Shown one piece after another: positions 1 to 8,947 of a stretch of 34,567 nt of DNA. Both the position numbers and the translations under genes were made by a program. The number at the start of each line of letters is the position of its first letter. The stretch's first letter is position 1. The stretch is taken from positions 1-34,567 of the IMG/VR virus record IMGVR_UViG_3300005144_000046, one strand, 5' to 3'. This DNA comes from a virus (lineage: Duplodnaviria > Caudoviricetes). The notes below the pieces were generated by a model. It saw only the letters and a program-made list of their open reading frames with translations, was not told the DNA's origin and searched no databases.

Positions 1-618
1 TTATTTCATTTTATTCAATATGGCGAACATCTCGCCGATCGTGAGCGTTTCGGCATTTTTTACCTTTTGGAGCCAATCTGCTTTGTTGGTCAGCTTCAGC
101 TTGTCGCAGACTTCTTCGGCGGCCTTGATTTGCCATTCCGGCACCTTATTCGGCATTTTCTCTTCCTCCTGGTACAATGCGATTTTTTCATTGAGGTATT
201 TGATCGGGTCCAGTAGCCACGGGCATTCCTCCGGCGAGCTGCCGATAGGCGGATAGCGATAACCGCCCTGGTGGATCTCCAGGTGCAGATGCGCACCGAA
301 GCAGTGGGTACCCGTCGCCCCCATGATGCCGATGAGCGAATCAATGTCGACCTCTTCGCCGACCTTGCGATACTGCTCAAGCATGTGCGCATAGAGGCTT
401 TCCGTGCCGTCCGGGTGCTCTATGGTGATATGCGTTCCGTAGGCCGCCCCGTGTTTATTGATGGATTTTACCACCCCGGCGGCAATGGGGTGGATCTTCT
501 TCGTTCCGATGCCGACGAGATCCACGCCGATATGCCAGCCACATTTCCAGTCGCCTTTTTTGCCGAACGGGCCTGTTATTTTATTTCCGCCGTGGAATGG
601 AAATTTGTATTTGATCAT
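1..618 (-). CDS. Endolysin, M23 family peptidase
   Basis: HIGVD (HxxxD) and HLHLE (HxH) M23 motifs; follows the holin. Confidence 0.9.
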   Translation of the reverse strand: MIKYKFPFHGGNKITGPFGKKGDWKCGWHIGVDLVGIGTKKIHPIAAGVVKSINKHGAAYGTHITIEHPDGTESLYAHMLEQYRKVGEEVDIDSLIGIMGATGTHCFGAHLHLEIHQGGYRYPPIGSSPEECPWLLDPIKYLNEKIALYQEEEKMPNKVPEWQIKAAEEVCDKLKLTNKADWLQKVKNAETLTIGEMFAILNKMK

Positions 619-620
619 GG

Positions 621-1031
621 CTATTCCCCCGTTGTCTCCGATTTACCTTTTAATATCTCGACGGCCTTTGTCAGTATGGGCGGCATGGGAACGCCGGTGC
701 GTCCGATATTTTCAATCATGCTTAGCAGCTCATTGGCGAGGTAGAAAAAGATTGTTGCGTCCATGATCACGCTGCCGTTGCCGATGGCCATATCCGCCAG
801 ATGAGCTGCGGCGACAATGAGGAAGATGCAGACCTTTTTTGCGATGCCTTTCATTCCGACCTGGCTGGACAATTTGCCTTCAATACCGCTGGCAAATACT
901 CCCGTGATATAATCGAGGACCACGAACGCCAGCAATATTCCCAGCAATTCACTCCACCCCCCGTATAAATATGATATTGTTGCGCCGCCCCCGGCTATGC
1001 AGCACTTAAAAATCTCCGAAGCTTTACTCAT
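621..1031 (-). CDS. Phage holin (holin_4_1 / toxin-secretion type)
   Basis: DYITG, KGIAKK and NELLSMIENIGRTGVPMP motifs; hydrophobic segments. Confidence 0.93.
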   Translation of the reverse strand: MSKASEIFKCCIAGGGATISYLYGGWSELLGILLAFVVLDYITGVFASGIEGKLSSQVGMKGIAKKVCIFLIVAAAHLADMAIGNGSVIMDATIFFYLANELLSMIENIGRTGVPMPPILTKAVEILKGKSETTGE

Positions 1032-1131
1032 GCTGAAAAATCCCCTTTCTTGCTTATTTTCTTAGGTGCAAACACCTTAGAACCGTTATTTTAAGCCATT
1101 GTGGGCCATCCTAGGAGGCCGTTTTCAGCCG

Positions 1132-2091
1132 TTACTTATACAGGTCTATCAATGATAAGGCGCCATCCCAATTCACCCTATACCCCAATTTCTCCAACGC
1201 TCTGATGGGGAAATATGCTCTGTTCAACCCTTCCACAATAAAGGCAGGAATGTCTAAATCGATAAATTGACCGTTCAGCCGCAGTTGGATATTCCTATCA
1301 GATATAGTGACGTTTTGTGGCAGGTTGATATAAGCCATATCGACATAGGAATAAGCATCCATGAAACTAGGTATGCCGAGGTTGTCAGCCACCATCGTAT
1401 CGAACAGCGCATACGGAATATGGTGGATGCCGTTGACTGTTCCTTTTGCATCTTTCCCCCACGATCCGGCAGCATAGGCGATTTGTAAATCATCATCATA
1501 TGTGATAAACCGCATGGCATGACCGCCGAGGAGCCTGCCGCCAGGAACAGGATTGATTGTTCCGTTTGCATCCTGCTCGAAAAACGATTCAGTGAGCAGC
1601 ATACCAAATTCAAGCGAATTTCCCGTTGCCACGATAGACTGCTTCATTTCGTTTAGATTGTTGACCTTGGCATAGGATTGCGCCCGGTATGGCCTCGCCT
1701 TAATGTCCTGCTCTGCGGTTGATGTGATAACTGTCCAATCAAGCGTGAAGGGGAAATCACTCTCCAGGCAAGCGCCATTTGATGTCAGGACTTTTGCGAC
1801 GCTGCGCAGGTCTGTTCCTTCTCCTGGGTAACCGTCAATCTCTTTTGCCTTGCCATAGATATAAAGCGAGGACACTCGTTCGGCCTTCCCGTATTGCTTA
1901 TAATTGAGGTCCTCTATGACACCTGCCGCCCCTTCGCCTGCGCATGTGCCCCTGCTGCCCTGATTGCGAATAGGCAATGGGGCTGTTTTACATGCGAATT
2001 TTCTAGGCAGAGGAACGGCAGAAACCAATTTAGCGAATTGCCAATCTCGCCCGTCATAGGGGGATTTGACCAAGCCTGGAATAAAATTCAT
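1132..2091 (-). CDS. Papain-like (C1 family) cysteine peptidase with C-terminal copper-amine-oxidase-N-like domain
   Basis: IRNQGSRGTC, GGHAM and GSWG motifs; C-terminal NG..PAFI..RAYFPIRALEKLGYRVNWD. Confidence 0.8.
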   Translation of the reverse strand: MNFIPGLVKSPYDGRDWQFAKLVSAVPLPRKFACKTAPLPIRNQGSRGTCAGEGAAGVIEDLNYKQYGKAERVSSLYIYGKAKEIDGYPGEGTDLRSVAKVLTSNGACLESDFPFTLDWTVITSTAEQDIKARPYRAQSYAKVNNLNEMKQSIVATGNSLEFGMLLTESFFEQDANGTINPVPGGRLLGGHAMRFITYDDDLQIAYAAGSWGKDAKGTVNGIHHIPYALFDTMVADNLGIPSFMDAYSYVDMAYINLPQNVTISDRNIQLRLNGQFIDLDIPAFIVEGLNRAYFPIRALEKLGYRVNWDGALSLIDLYK

Positions 2092-2185
2092 GCGCCCTCC
2101 TTAGTTATAGTATTTGCACAGCAAAATGGAGGCGATTACCGCCCCCATGATAAAACCCCATATGAACAACACATTGCATCGTCGC

Positions 2186-3490
2186 TTAGTCAATGGAGAA
2201 TGTTTTAATAATAGCCGCGCTGCCTCCGCCATAAGCGAGGATATAGTGTGATTCATCAATTTGTGTGATCGAATTGTATTGCCCGTAATTTATTGACGGT
2301 TCGTGCACCAGGCTATCAACCTCGGTTATTTCGTAACTACTGTCGATCGAATACGTTTTAATATGGCCCTTAAGGTCACCATCTTGGTATGCCAATATAA
2401 AATGTGTATCGTCCGCTTTTGCGAGCGATGGATAAGACCCTCCGCTCTCATCAACGGCCAAGCTGTCTATTTCTGTTATTTCATAGCTGCCGTTAATGGA
2501 AAAAGTTTTAATATATACCACCGTGCCAATGCGACACGCCAATACAAGATTATCGCTGTCAATAACGCACAGCGAATTGTAGGTTCCGGCAGAAGCGCTA
2601 TGGTTTAGGCTGTCGATTTCCGTTGTGACATAGCTGCCATTGATTGAAAATGTCTTAATGTAACCATAGCCGGACGCGTCACTATAGGCGAGAGCATAAT
2701 GAGTTGCGTCAATTTGTACTAGCGAGTTATACACAGCATCAGTCATATCGTGACTTAACACATGAACCTGAGTAATATTATCGCCGGCGCTGTCAACGCT
2801 AAAGGTTTTTATTTTTCCATAGTCTGTCGCCTGATATGCAAGCATGAAATGGGTGCTGTCTATTTTGCATACAGAGCCATATGTACCCATCATGGTGTCG
2901 TGTTCTAAAGCATCGATTTCGGTAATGGCGTAGTCCACGTCAATAGAGAAAGTTTTTACGAACCCATCGCTTCCCGACCCACGAAATGCCAGAATAAAAA
3001 TCGTTTCAGTGAACTTGATTAGCGAATTGTCAATGGACGTGGTGTAATTATGTATTAACTCGTATATTTGTGTTATCTCGTGGTTTGTGTCAATGCCAAA
3101 GGTTTTAACACGTCCGTAACCACTTGTTCCTGCAAAAGCCAGCATGAAGTGCGTATCGTCGATTTTTGCAAACGAGTTGTGATTGCCAGCCCCAGTGTCG
3201 TGCGCCGACAGCACATCAATTTCTGTTATGTTGTCGCCCGTGATACCTTGCTTTTCAAGCGTTGTGGCGCTTATGGCCGCTCCGCTGCTATAGCACGTTG
3301 TGCCGACAACGGCGTAAACCGAAAATAGCTTGTAGAAATATTCCGTGGTCGCGCTAAGCCCAGTGTCTGAATACGCCTCTAAACTTCCGCTATATTCAAG
3401 TGTCGCATTTGCATCGCACCAGGCTCGATCGTGTCCTGCCAGGTCAGAATTGTGGCTATATAACTCTACGCCTTGAAACGTCACCGACAT
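2186..3490 (-). CDS. Putative receptor-binding/tail-tip protein: partial Fn3-like N-terminus plus 7 x ~50 aa repeats (beta-propeller)
   Basis: Seven repeats of ITEIDxLxH...NSLxxIDxxHFxLAY...GxIKTFSID; lies after Tal. Confidence 0.7.
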   Translation of the reverse strand: MSVTFQGVELYSHNSDLAGHDRAWCDANATLEYSGSLEAYSDTGLSATTEYFYKLFSVYAVVGTTCYSSGAAISATTLEKQGITGDNITEIDVLSAHDTGAGNHNSFAKIDDTHFMLAFAGTSGYGRVKTFGIDTNHEITQIYELIHNYTTSIDNSLIKFTETIFILAFRGSGSDGFVKTFSIDVDYAITEIDALEHDTMMGTYGSVCKIDSTHFMLAYQATDYGKIKTFSVDSAGDNITQVHVLSHDMTDAVYNSLVQIDATHYALAYSDASGYGYIKTFSINGSYVTTEIDSLNHSASAGTYNSLCVIDSDNLVLACRIGTVVYIKTFSINGSYEITEIDSLAVDESGGSYPSLAKADDTHFILAYQDGDLKGHIKTYSIDSSYEITEVDSLVHEPSINYGQYNSITQIDESHYILAYGGGSAAIIKTFSID

Positions 3491-3501
3491 TCAATCGCCC
3501 C

Positions 3502-5277
3502 CTATACCGTCGTCCCTGATGCGTCGACCCAATTTGTTCCGTTGTGCCAGATTGGTATGCCAATCGTTGTGTCAAACCATTGCTGCCCAGTCGATGGCGC
3601 CGAGGGACGTTCCGACGTAGCCCCCGTGTTGTTGAACGTGACGCCGTTGTCGGTCAACGCTATCTCAACCGGATCGCCGCTCGTTCGTTTGTAATAGGTT
3701 ATGTAATATCCGTCGGCCTTTTTTTGCCGCTTGACTTTGCCAGATTCAGACGTGATGCCATCGCCGCCGCCCTCAAGCGCATACGGGATATATACGCCGT
3801 CAATCAGTTCAGTTCCCTCGATAAACTTTGTAACATCTTCGTAGGAGTAGATATAAACGGGATATGAGGTGACTTCTGTCGACATCGCCGTGTGGGTATC
3901 GTCCGTCCAGTATAAATCGTTTGAGTTTATGTCCTGCAGTTGCTCTTTTGAAAGTTCCGTTGGGTTGTCCCATGCCAGGTCGATCTGAACGTCACTCGCA
4001 GCCGTTGCAGAAAAGTTCGATGCGTTCGGAAGGCTTGTTACCCTCGATATGATTATTTCACGCTTGTCCTCATAAATTTTTTGATAACAAACATCCGACG
4101 TGTCTGAATTGAGATAATTCACCGCCTTTTGCCACTCGGTACTAAGCGCAGAAACGGTTAAGTCGGCAATTCTGCCATATCCGGCATATAAAGTTTGAGT
4201 GATAAACGTATTGGATACGACGGTTTCCACCTCTGCGTTTACTGCCTCAATTACTGTTGCGGACAGCGTTCCGTCGAAAACATACTTGCCGGTTGCCGGG
4301 TCAAAATAGATTTTGTCTTTCCAGCTCTCAAGGACTTCATCCCACACTTGCATGGAGAACAGGTCTGCGTTGAATACCGCCCTTGCCAGGTTGTCACTGC
4401 GGATGCTCTCAAAGCCATTGTCGGCGCTGATTTTTGCGCCGTAGTAGGTTTTGCCCTTGGCCACCATATCGGTTTCGATGCGGTACAAGTCATCCTCCAG
4501 CGAATTGACGTAGTTTCCGATTTCGACGGATACATTGTTAGGATTGTACGGGTCATAACTCTTACTGACCACTCGCAGGGATGTTGAGATACCCAGGGCG
4601 TCGTAATCAAGCGTCACCACATCGCCCAGGGCCAGCGATGCGCCTTTATAGACACCGCAGGTGTAGGAAACTATAGGATTGCCACTGCCGTCCAACTTGC
4701 GCTTGTCCACGGCTTTGCTCATTACTGTGATGTCTTTGCCGACGGTCAGTGCTGTTGGCGTTGCGGATCCTCGCTGCGTTAGCAGGGAAATGGTAAAGCC
4801 AGAGAACTCTAATTCACCGCCGACATAGGCCGCAAACTGCATCAGCAAGGCCCTCCGTGAAGTCGCTTCCTGCAGCGAGAACGTCATGGAGGTGGCAAAA
4901 TCGACCGTTCCGACCGTGAAGCCTGTGCCGGACAGAATTTCTGTAAGAATCGCCGTTGGTGTGCCGATTTCCGTAAAATAATCAACATTATAGGCCGCAT
5001 TGTTCAGCCGGTAACTGACATGCTCGCATTCGACCGAGATCATCAACCGTCCGTCGCCCTGCTGCTCTTTTTTGCAATAAGCAAGGTCAAAATAATCGCC
5101 GTCGAGGTCAAAGACGGCATCGTCGGCAATATAATCACCATATCCGCTTTTTACTCTGACGGAGAAATTGAGCAGGTTGTCTGAATTGATTTTCTCAATA
5201 CGAGAAGCAGAGCTGGCAAGCGCAATGGTCGCCAGCTCCGTTAAACTCGCATCAAGGATTTTTATTTTAGAACTCAC
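3502..5277 (-). CDS. Tail-tip protein (Tal / prophage tail endopeptidase-like) with fibre-like extension
   Basis: Tal-like core (VECEHVSYRL, GGELEF, LGDVVT, VEIGN); C-terminal GATSERP..GQQWFDTT module; GTG start overlaps the TMP stop. Confidence 0.8.
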   Translation of the reverse strand: MSSKIKILDASLTELATIALASSASRIEKINSDNLLNFSVRVKSGYGDYIADDAVFDLDGDYFDLAYCKKEQQGDGRLMISVECEHVSYRLNNAAYNVDYFTEIGTPTAILTEILSGTGFTVGTVDFATSMTFSLQEATSRRALLMQFAAYVGGELEFSGFTISLLTQRGSATPTALTVGKDITVMSKAVDKRKLDGSGNPIVSYTCGVYKGASLALGDVVTLDYDALGISTSLRVVSKSYDPYNPNNVSVEIGNYVNSLEDDLYRIETDMVAKGKTYYGAKISADNGFESIRSDNLARAVFNADLFSMQVWDEVLESWKDKIYFDPATGKYVFDGTLSATVIEAVNAEVETVVSNTFITQTLYAGYGRIADLTVSALSTEWQKAVNYLNSDTSDVCYQKIYEDKREIIISRVTSLPNASNFSATAASDVQIDLAWDNPTELSKEQLQDINSNDLYWTDDTHTAMSTEVTSYPVYIYSYEDVTKFIEGTELIDGVYIPYALEGGGDGITSESGKVKRQKKADGYYITYYKRTSGDPVEIALTDNGVTFNNTGATSERPSAPSTGQQWFDTTIGIPIWHNGTNWVDASGTTV

Positions 5278-7127
5278 ACCGTCACCCCCACGGCCCTCGA
5301 ATAGGTCTTGTTTCTGCCATACTGATGGCGGCTTGTGCTTGCCGTGATGATTTTCCCGTCAAGATATACCGGCGTGTTGACGTTGACATAAACGCCGCCG
5401 TTGTTGTTCGTGACCTTTTTTACTGAATCGGCAAGGATGGCGCTCAGCTTGCTCAGTGGAATGACCGCTTCCGGCCCGGCCTCGCCAACGCCAATGACAG
5501 AAGGCTCATCAAACACTGCGCCGGTCTTGTACCAGTCAACGCCCAGCTTCGGCACCTGCGGAGGATTGAGACTGAATTTGCCGTCGATTTTGAAATGAGG
5601 CATCTTGATTTTCGGAAGGCTCCATGTGAAATTGAAAAAGCCCTTGATCTTCTCGATCGCCAATCTGACGGCTTCTTTGGCTGCGTTGATTTTCTCGGTC
5701 ACGGCATTTTTGATGCTGTTGAATGTGGCTGTTATGCCGTTCAGTAATTCTCCGCCCTTGGCTTTGATGGTGTCCCAGTTTTTATACAGCGCAACCCCAA
5801 TAGCAATGGCCCCGGCAATGGCGGCGACCGCAAGACCTATAGGCCCGGTCAAGGCCGTGAAGGCCGTGCCGAGGGCAGGAAGGATGGATGTTATAGTCAC
5901 GATGGTTGAGATTATGCCGTGCGCTACCACAAGCAAAGGCCCGATAGCAGCGGCAATTCCTGCGATGACAACGATGGTTTTTTGCGCCTCCGGGGAAAGC
6001 ACGGCGAACCGCTGAACCATTTCTTTAATACTTGCGACCAAAGGCGTGATGATCGGCAGGAGAATTTCTCCGATGTCGGTGGCGATATTCTTCAGTTCGG
6101 TCTGTAGGCTTCTCATGGATCCGCTTGCGCCGTCAGCTTCTCGTGCGGCCTGCCCCTGTGCGTCTGCGGTCTGTTCCATGATGAGCGCCAGCGTGGCGGC
6201 TTGCTTGGCCTGCAGGGTCAATGCACCTGTGCCGTCAGACAGCCCCATCTCCAGGGCTTTTGCCTTGATTGTGGCATCATTTACGCCCATCCCATAATTG
6301 TCCAGCATGGCGTTATTGCCCTTTAATGCCCCGGTCAATGCCTGGACGGCGCTTTCTGTAGTACCGCCGAACATTGCCGTTAGGTCTCCGGCTAATTGCA
6401 CAAGCGTTTCCGATTGCTTGGCCGCTTCTTCCTCGGACAATCCGCCGATATTCTGCAGCATTGCGCCCATCGTATTGGCATAAGATAAAGCATCGGATTC
6501 CGCTATGCCATAGGCGCTATCAAGGCCATCGGCCCATTTTTTTACGTCGCCGGATGCGCCCTTGAATATCTGCTCAGCTGCGCCCATTGCATCCTGCAAA
6601 TCAGCGGCGAACTTAAATGATGCAGCGCCAGCTCCGACGATCGGTGCGGTTATCGCCATCGACATTTTCTTGCCGACATCGCCGACTTTATCGCCGATTT
6701 TCTTGAGGCTTTCGCCCATCTTTTCAGCCTTGATTTTGAACTGTTCCATACCGCTGGATGCTTTTTCAAGCTCTTTATTGTTCTTGGCGAGTGCGTTTTC
6801 AAGGTTCGCCAGGTCAGCCTCTGCCTTGTTTAACGATGCCTGCCATTCCTTGGTTTTCTTATCGTTTTCGCCGTATTCCTTGGAAGAGTTTTCGAGGGCC
6901 GCCCTTAATGACTCGACCTTCTTTTTCTGTTCGTCGATTTGCTTGTTATACACGCCCTGCTTGGCGGTCAGCGCCTCGACGCTCTTGGCATTGTTTCCGA
7001 ATTGTGCCGTGACTTTTCCCATCTCGGAGCCGAGAACTTTCAGATCCTGGTTGATGCCGGTTATCGCTTGCTTAAAGGCTTTTTCCCCGTCCAGAGCGAT
7101 TTTTGCTCCGATTTTCTTTTCTGCCAC
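5274..7127 (-). CDS. Tail tape measure protein
   Basis: N-terminal coiled coil, Ala/Gly-rich body, GEAGPEAVIPL motif, VYLDGK C-terminus. Confidence 0.93.
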   Translation of the reverse strand: MAEKKIGAKIALDGEKAFKQAITGINQDLKVLGSEMGKVTAQFGNNAKSVEALTAKQGVYNKQIDEQKKKVESLRAALENSSKEYGENDKKTKEWQASLNKAEADLANLENALAKNNKELEKASSGMEQFKIKAEKMGESLKKIGDKVGDVGKKMSMAITAPIVGAGAASFKFAADLQDAMGAAEQIFKGASGDVKKWADGLDSAYGIAESDALSYANTMGAMLQNIGGLSEEEAAKQSETLVQLAGDLTAMFGGTTESAVQALTGALKGNNAMLDNYGMGVNDATIKAKALEMGLSDGTGALTLQAKQAATLALIMEQTADAQGQAAREADGASGSMRSLQTELKNIATDIGEILLPIITPLVASIKEMVQRFAVLSPEAQKTIVVIAGIAAAIGPLLVVAHGIISTIVTITSILPALGTAFTALTGPIGLAVAAIAGAIAIGVALYKNWDTIKAKGGELLNGITATFNSIKNAVTEKINAAKEAVRLAIEKIKGFFNFTWSLPKIKMPHFKIDGKFSLNPPQVPKLGVDWYKTGAVFDEPSVIGVGEAGPEAVIPLSKLSAILADSVKKVTNNNGGVYVNVNTPVYLDGKIITASTSRHQYGRNKTYSRAVGVTV

Positions 7128-7139
7128 TTTTTCACCCCC

Positions 7140-7337
7140 TTAAAACGGGATCACATCATCGATTGTTTTGGGCGCTTCGTATACGCCATGCTCCTTTTGG
7201 TATTCCGCATAAAGGAGCATCAATTTCCGCAGCGTCATGCGCCATGTTTCTTTTTCTGTATAGCCCAAAAGGGTCTTGCCTATAAATAAACAGCGAGCAA
7301 CGGGGAACTTCTCCGTTACTCGCCCTGGGCGTTTGGG
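7140..7337 (-). CDS. Tail assembly chaperone -1 frameshift extension (gpGT-like)
   Basis: -1 frame after CCCAAAC reads KRPGRVTEKFPVARCLFIGKTLLGYTEKETWRMTLRKLMLLY...IDDVIPF*. Confidence 0.8.
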   Translation of the reverse strand, partial: PKRPGRVTEKFPVARCLFIGKTLLGYTEKETWRMTLRKLMLLYAEYQKEHGVYEAPKTIDDVIPF

Positions 7338-7675
7338 TCATCTTCGTCCGCTCTTGGCACGCCATCCGAGAAAGCAAGAAGGATCTCGCTTTGCAGTTTC
7401 GTCAGATTTGCTGGTGTGATTTTCCGACCAACCCATTTTTCATCAACATGGGGCGCTCCACTCTCCGAATCGTCTATACCCTCGTTGATCAGCGTGGTCA
7501 GTATGAACAGGATGGGCTGTACCACCGTTCGCTCGTTGGTTAAAAGCCCTGGCAGTTCTGAAATCGGTATATCAAATCGCTCTTGAATGGCATCAATGGC
7601 GTTTAGGTCAAAATGAAGTCCAAATTCTTGTCCGCCGAGCGTGATTTTTCTATGAACCGGTCTTAGGTCGCTCAT
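7316..7675 (-). CDS. Tail assembly chaperone (gpG-like)
   Basis: Between major tail protein and TMP; FDLNAIDAIQERF; slippery site near its 3' end. Confidence 0.85.
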   Translation of the reverse strand: MSDLRPVHRKITLGGQEFGLHFDLNAIDAIQERFDIPISELPGLLTNERTVVQPILFILTTLINEGIDDSESGAPHVDEKWVGRKITPANLTKLQSEILLAFSDGVPRADEDDPNAQGE

Positions 7676-7686
7676 TGTTCCTCCTT

Positions 7687-7715
7687 AAAAAGAAAGGGCG
7701 GCAGTTACGCCGCCC
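7687..7715 (-). terminator. Intrinsic terminator after major tail gene
   Basis: GGGCGGC-GTAACT-GCCGCCC followed by TTTCTTTTT. Confidence 0.85.
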
Positions 7716-7721
7716 CTGTTG

Positions 7722-8600
7722 CTATAGCGCTGCATTTTGGGTCATGATGTTGTAGGTGATGGCGGTCTTTCCGCTTTCCTGGACAACGATCTTGATCAGC
7801 TTGTTTGCGCCGTCCGCTACCGCGATGCCGGTGCTGTTGACCTCTGTGGTCAGCGTCTGGTTGTAGACGCCATCGACATAGACCTTGGCGGTTCCTGCCG
7901 CGAAGGTCGCATTGATGACGGTCGGCGTATCGGTCAGAGCGCAGGAATAATTGTAAGTGCCGGCCGCAAAGGTCGGCGTAAGGGTTCCGTTGCTCATCGT
8001 CAGCGCCGTGATGTTGTTGGATGCGTCGGCAGAGATGCCGCTCTTGCCGTTCAGCCATGCGATAGCTCCGGATTCGGTGGAGAAAGTTCCTTCTTCTTTC
8101 CACTTATCATCGGCTGCCATCATGATCGTGCCTTCAAGGGTCGGAGTTTGGAACTCAACCGATTCGCCTTTGGTGTTGGATTCGTCAGCCGGCTCGGCGA
8201 ATTGGACTTTCTTCAGCCAGATTGCCCGGTAGCTCGTCACGCCAGACTTAACTCTCTTGGCGTAGAAGCCAACGCCGACAAACGCCGGGGTAGTGCTTGC
8301 GCCTGCCGACAATTCTTTGCTGCCGAGTGTAGCGTCAACCTCGGCGCCCTCGGTATAGCCCAACAAGGCCACCTTGACCGCATCGGACAGGTCATCGGCG
8401 TTTAATGTGAGGGAGCCGCTGGAAAAGCTCTTGTCCGTTTCTGCGATCGCATCGTCAGCGTATAGTTTGACATCGTTTACCTCGATGCTAATGTTGGCGC
8501 TGATGGCCTTCGCCAATACTGCGCCGCCGGAATAGGTTATTGCCGTGCCATTCTCCGTGGCCACGGCAAAAACGGGGTACTTCAATCCAATTTTGGCCAT
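7722..8600 (-). CDS. Major tail protein (phi13 family) with C-terminal cadherin-like beta-sandwich domain
   Basis: MAKIGLKYP, LYADD, TKGESVEFQTPTLEG; C-terminal LTPTFAAGTYNY..TYNI. Confidence 0.92.
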   Translation of the reverse strand: MAKIGLKYPVFAVATENGTAITYSGGAVLAKAISANISIEVNDVKLYADDAIAETDKSFSSGSLTLNADDLSDAVKVALLGYTEGAEVDATLGSKELSAGASTTPAFVGVGFYAKRVKSGVTSYRAIWLKKVQFAEPADESNTKGESVEFQTPTLEGTIMMAADDKWKEEGTFSTESGAIAWLNGKSGISADASNNITALTMSNGTLTPTFAAGTYNYSCALTDTPTVINATFAAGTAKVYVDGVYNQTLTTEVNSTGIAVADGANKLIKIVVQESGKTAITYNIMTQNAAL

Positions 8601-8611
8601 GTTTCAACCTC

Positions 8612-8947
8612 CTAATCGTTAATTACGCCCTCGATCCACGCCTCGACAACGACGTGCGTTAGCTTCGTGTCGGATTCATAGAACTCGGACGTTGATATAA
8701 TTGTGAAGCCTGCCGCCCGCAATAGCCTGCGGATGGCAGCCTTGTTTGTCTGCGGATTGCCGGGCGTGAAATAATGTACCTGGACCGTGGTTTCGTCCAT
8801 TATGTCGGTGTCGTCGGCCCTGAGGGCCGGACGCTCGTCGGCATAATTGAACGTGATATAGGGCGTCGCCTTTCCGTCGTAAACGTCTGGCTCAACGGGC
8901 ATCCCAAGGGAGGAAAGCGCCGCGGTTATGATGGGATTGACGTTCAT
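8612..8947 (-). CDS. Tail terminator / tail completion protein
   Basis: PYITF, ADD, QVHYF, AAGF, YESDT motifs; synteny. Confidence 0.75.
   Translation of the reverse strand: MNVNPIITAALSSLGMPVEPDVYDGKATPYITFNYADERPALRADDTDIMDETTVQVHYFTPGNPQTNKAAIRRLLRAAGFTIISTSEFYESDTKLTHVVVEAWIEGVIND

Noticed and set aside
2101-2172. Possible 23 aa hydrophobic ORF (MLFIWGFIMGAVIASILLCKYYN, minus strand)
   Set aside because: Fills the gap neatly but has no convincing SD; too weak to call
2186-3490. Diversity-generating retroelement or invertible tail cassette
   Set aside because: No reverse transcriptase, invertase or TR/VR pair seen; repeats are diverged at protein level
3491-3957. Self-splicing intron or repeat-mediated deletion joining the Fn3 halves
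   Set aside because: The intervening DNA is ordinary in-frame coding sequence with no intron hallmarks or useful direct repeats, and the downstream gene has its own SD-ATG
7156-7377. 73 aa ORF-track call after the tail chaperone
   Set aside because: Wrong frame; the -1 frame ending at 7140 has the expected gpT features
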